64,000 bases of DNA from Calcarisporiella thermophila CBS 279.70 (Eukaryota; Fungi; Calcarisporiellomycota). Numbering within the stretch: position 1 is the first letter of the stretch; every line of letters begins with the position of its first letter. Shown piece by piece: positions 63,446-64,000 of this stretch. The notes beneath the pieces were generated by a model. It was not told where the DNA came from and ran no database searches. It worked only from the letters and a program-made list of their open reading frames with translations. The stretch covers positions 302,196 to 366,195 of the forward strand of contig NW_027192217.1 of the NCBI RefSeq assembly GCF_041956535.1, written 5' to 3'. The position numbers and the translations under genes were made by a program.

Positions 63446-63748
63446 CTGCTGGCACAGTGGTTAAGAGTCCCGGGGCTTAACCAATGTGTGCTGGGTTCGA
63501 TTCCCGGCGACGGCACCTGTACTAGAAATGGATCCGGGACATACTCTAGGAATCGAGCTATAAGCTACTTAGTTCTTAATAATTTGATATTGGTCGTTCT
63601 CAGAAAACAAGAAATACGTTTAATATAGTGACTTGTCAGAAGAAATACATGTAAGCAATGGTTGAGCGTTAGAAATAGCGTGCAAATCCTTTCATTTAAC
63701 TTGTATAGGAGACTTTTCAATAAAAGATCCTTTAATCTCAAAAAAAAA
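63446..63748 (+). mobile_element. SINE-2, tRNA-derived (~300 bp), 13-bp TSD
   Basis: Degenerate tRNA head to 63515 (A box TGGCACAGTGG, B box GGTTCGATTCC); AATAAA near 63719; poly(A); TSD aaatacaccaagg at 63433-63445 and 63749-63761. Confidence 0.82.
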
Positions 63749-64000
63749 AAATACACCAAGGGTGCCCATCAAAAAAAAAAACAAGGGCACCCGTCCATGA
63801 GAGTTTGCCGGGTTTTACCAAAGACTCAATCGCTATCAATAGTATAGCAACAAGCAAGTAATATCAAGTGGCTACAAAAATAGGTAGCAAAAATCCTTAG
63901 GAGAAATCCAACCACAAAAATGGAAGGCCAGGAACAGTATCAGGGTGATTTTGACGTAGAAGCCTACCCTTCCATTCCCTTCAGATAAAATCATCAAGTG

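Noticed and set aside
63444-63515. Functional tRNA gene on the plus strand
   Set aside because: Acceptor and anticodon stems do not pair properly, and it lies inside a TSD-flanked, poly(A)-tailed unit, so it is called a SINE head.

Overview
Eukaryotic, intron-rich fungal DNA; the gene set and short GT-AG introns suggest an early-diverging, Mucoromycota-like lineage (inference). Bases 1-52 kb are gene-dense: UBP15 (3' end), a Vac7-like gene, a bacterial-like GNAT, an HST3/4-type sirtuin, a LEA-like protein, FRG1, a hevein/GPI protein, a RhoGEF, RPL19, HPPD, NSA1, MRS2, CPT1/EPT1, RPB4, a TPR-less BUB1, VAC14, an L-type lectin, an Ino4-like bHLH and a 7-domain PDI with no CXXC. Bases 52-64 kb hold three tRNA genes (Gly-CCC, two Asp-GTC), a RanBP9/VID30-like gene and all of the retroelements I could recognise: five 5'-truncated L1/Tx1-like LINE pieces of two families and three tRNA-derived SINE copies of two families, several with clear target-site duplications (TSDs). 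The elements lie upstream of Pol III units with their 5' ends facing them, at about 70-100 bp or about 450-560 bp (one at about 0.9 kb), and reuse the same target sites. SINE-1 shares its 3' tail with LINE-A and has an anticodon-less, CCA-bearing tRNA-Leu-like head. This apparent tRNA-gene-targeted LINE/SINE system is the main candidate novelty. All coordinates were read by eye and no database searches were run.
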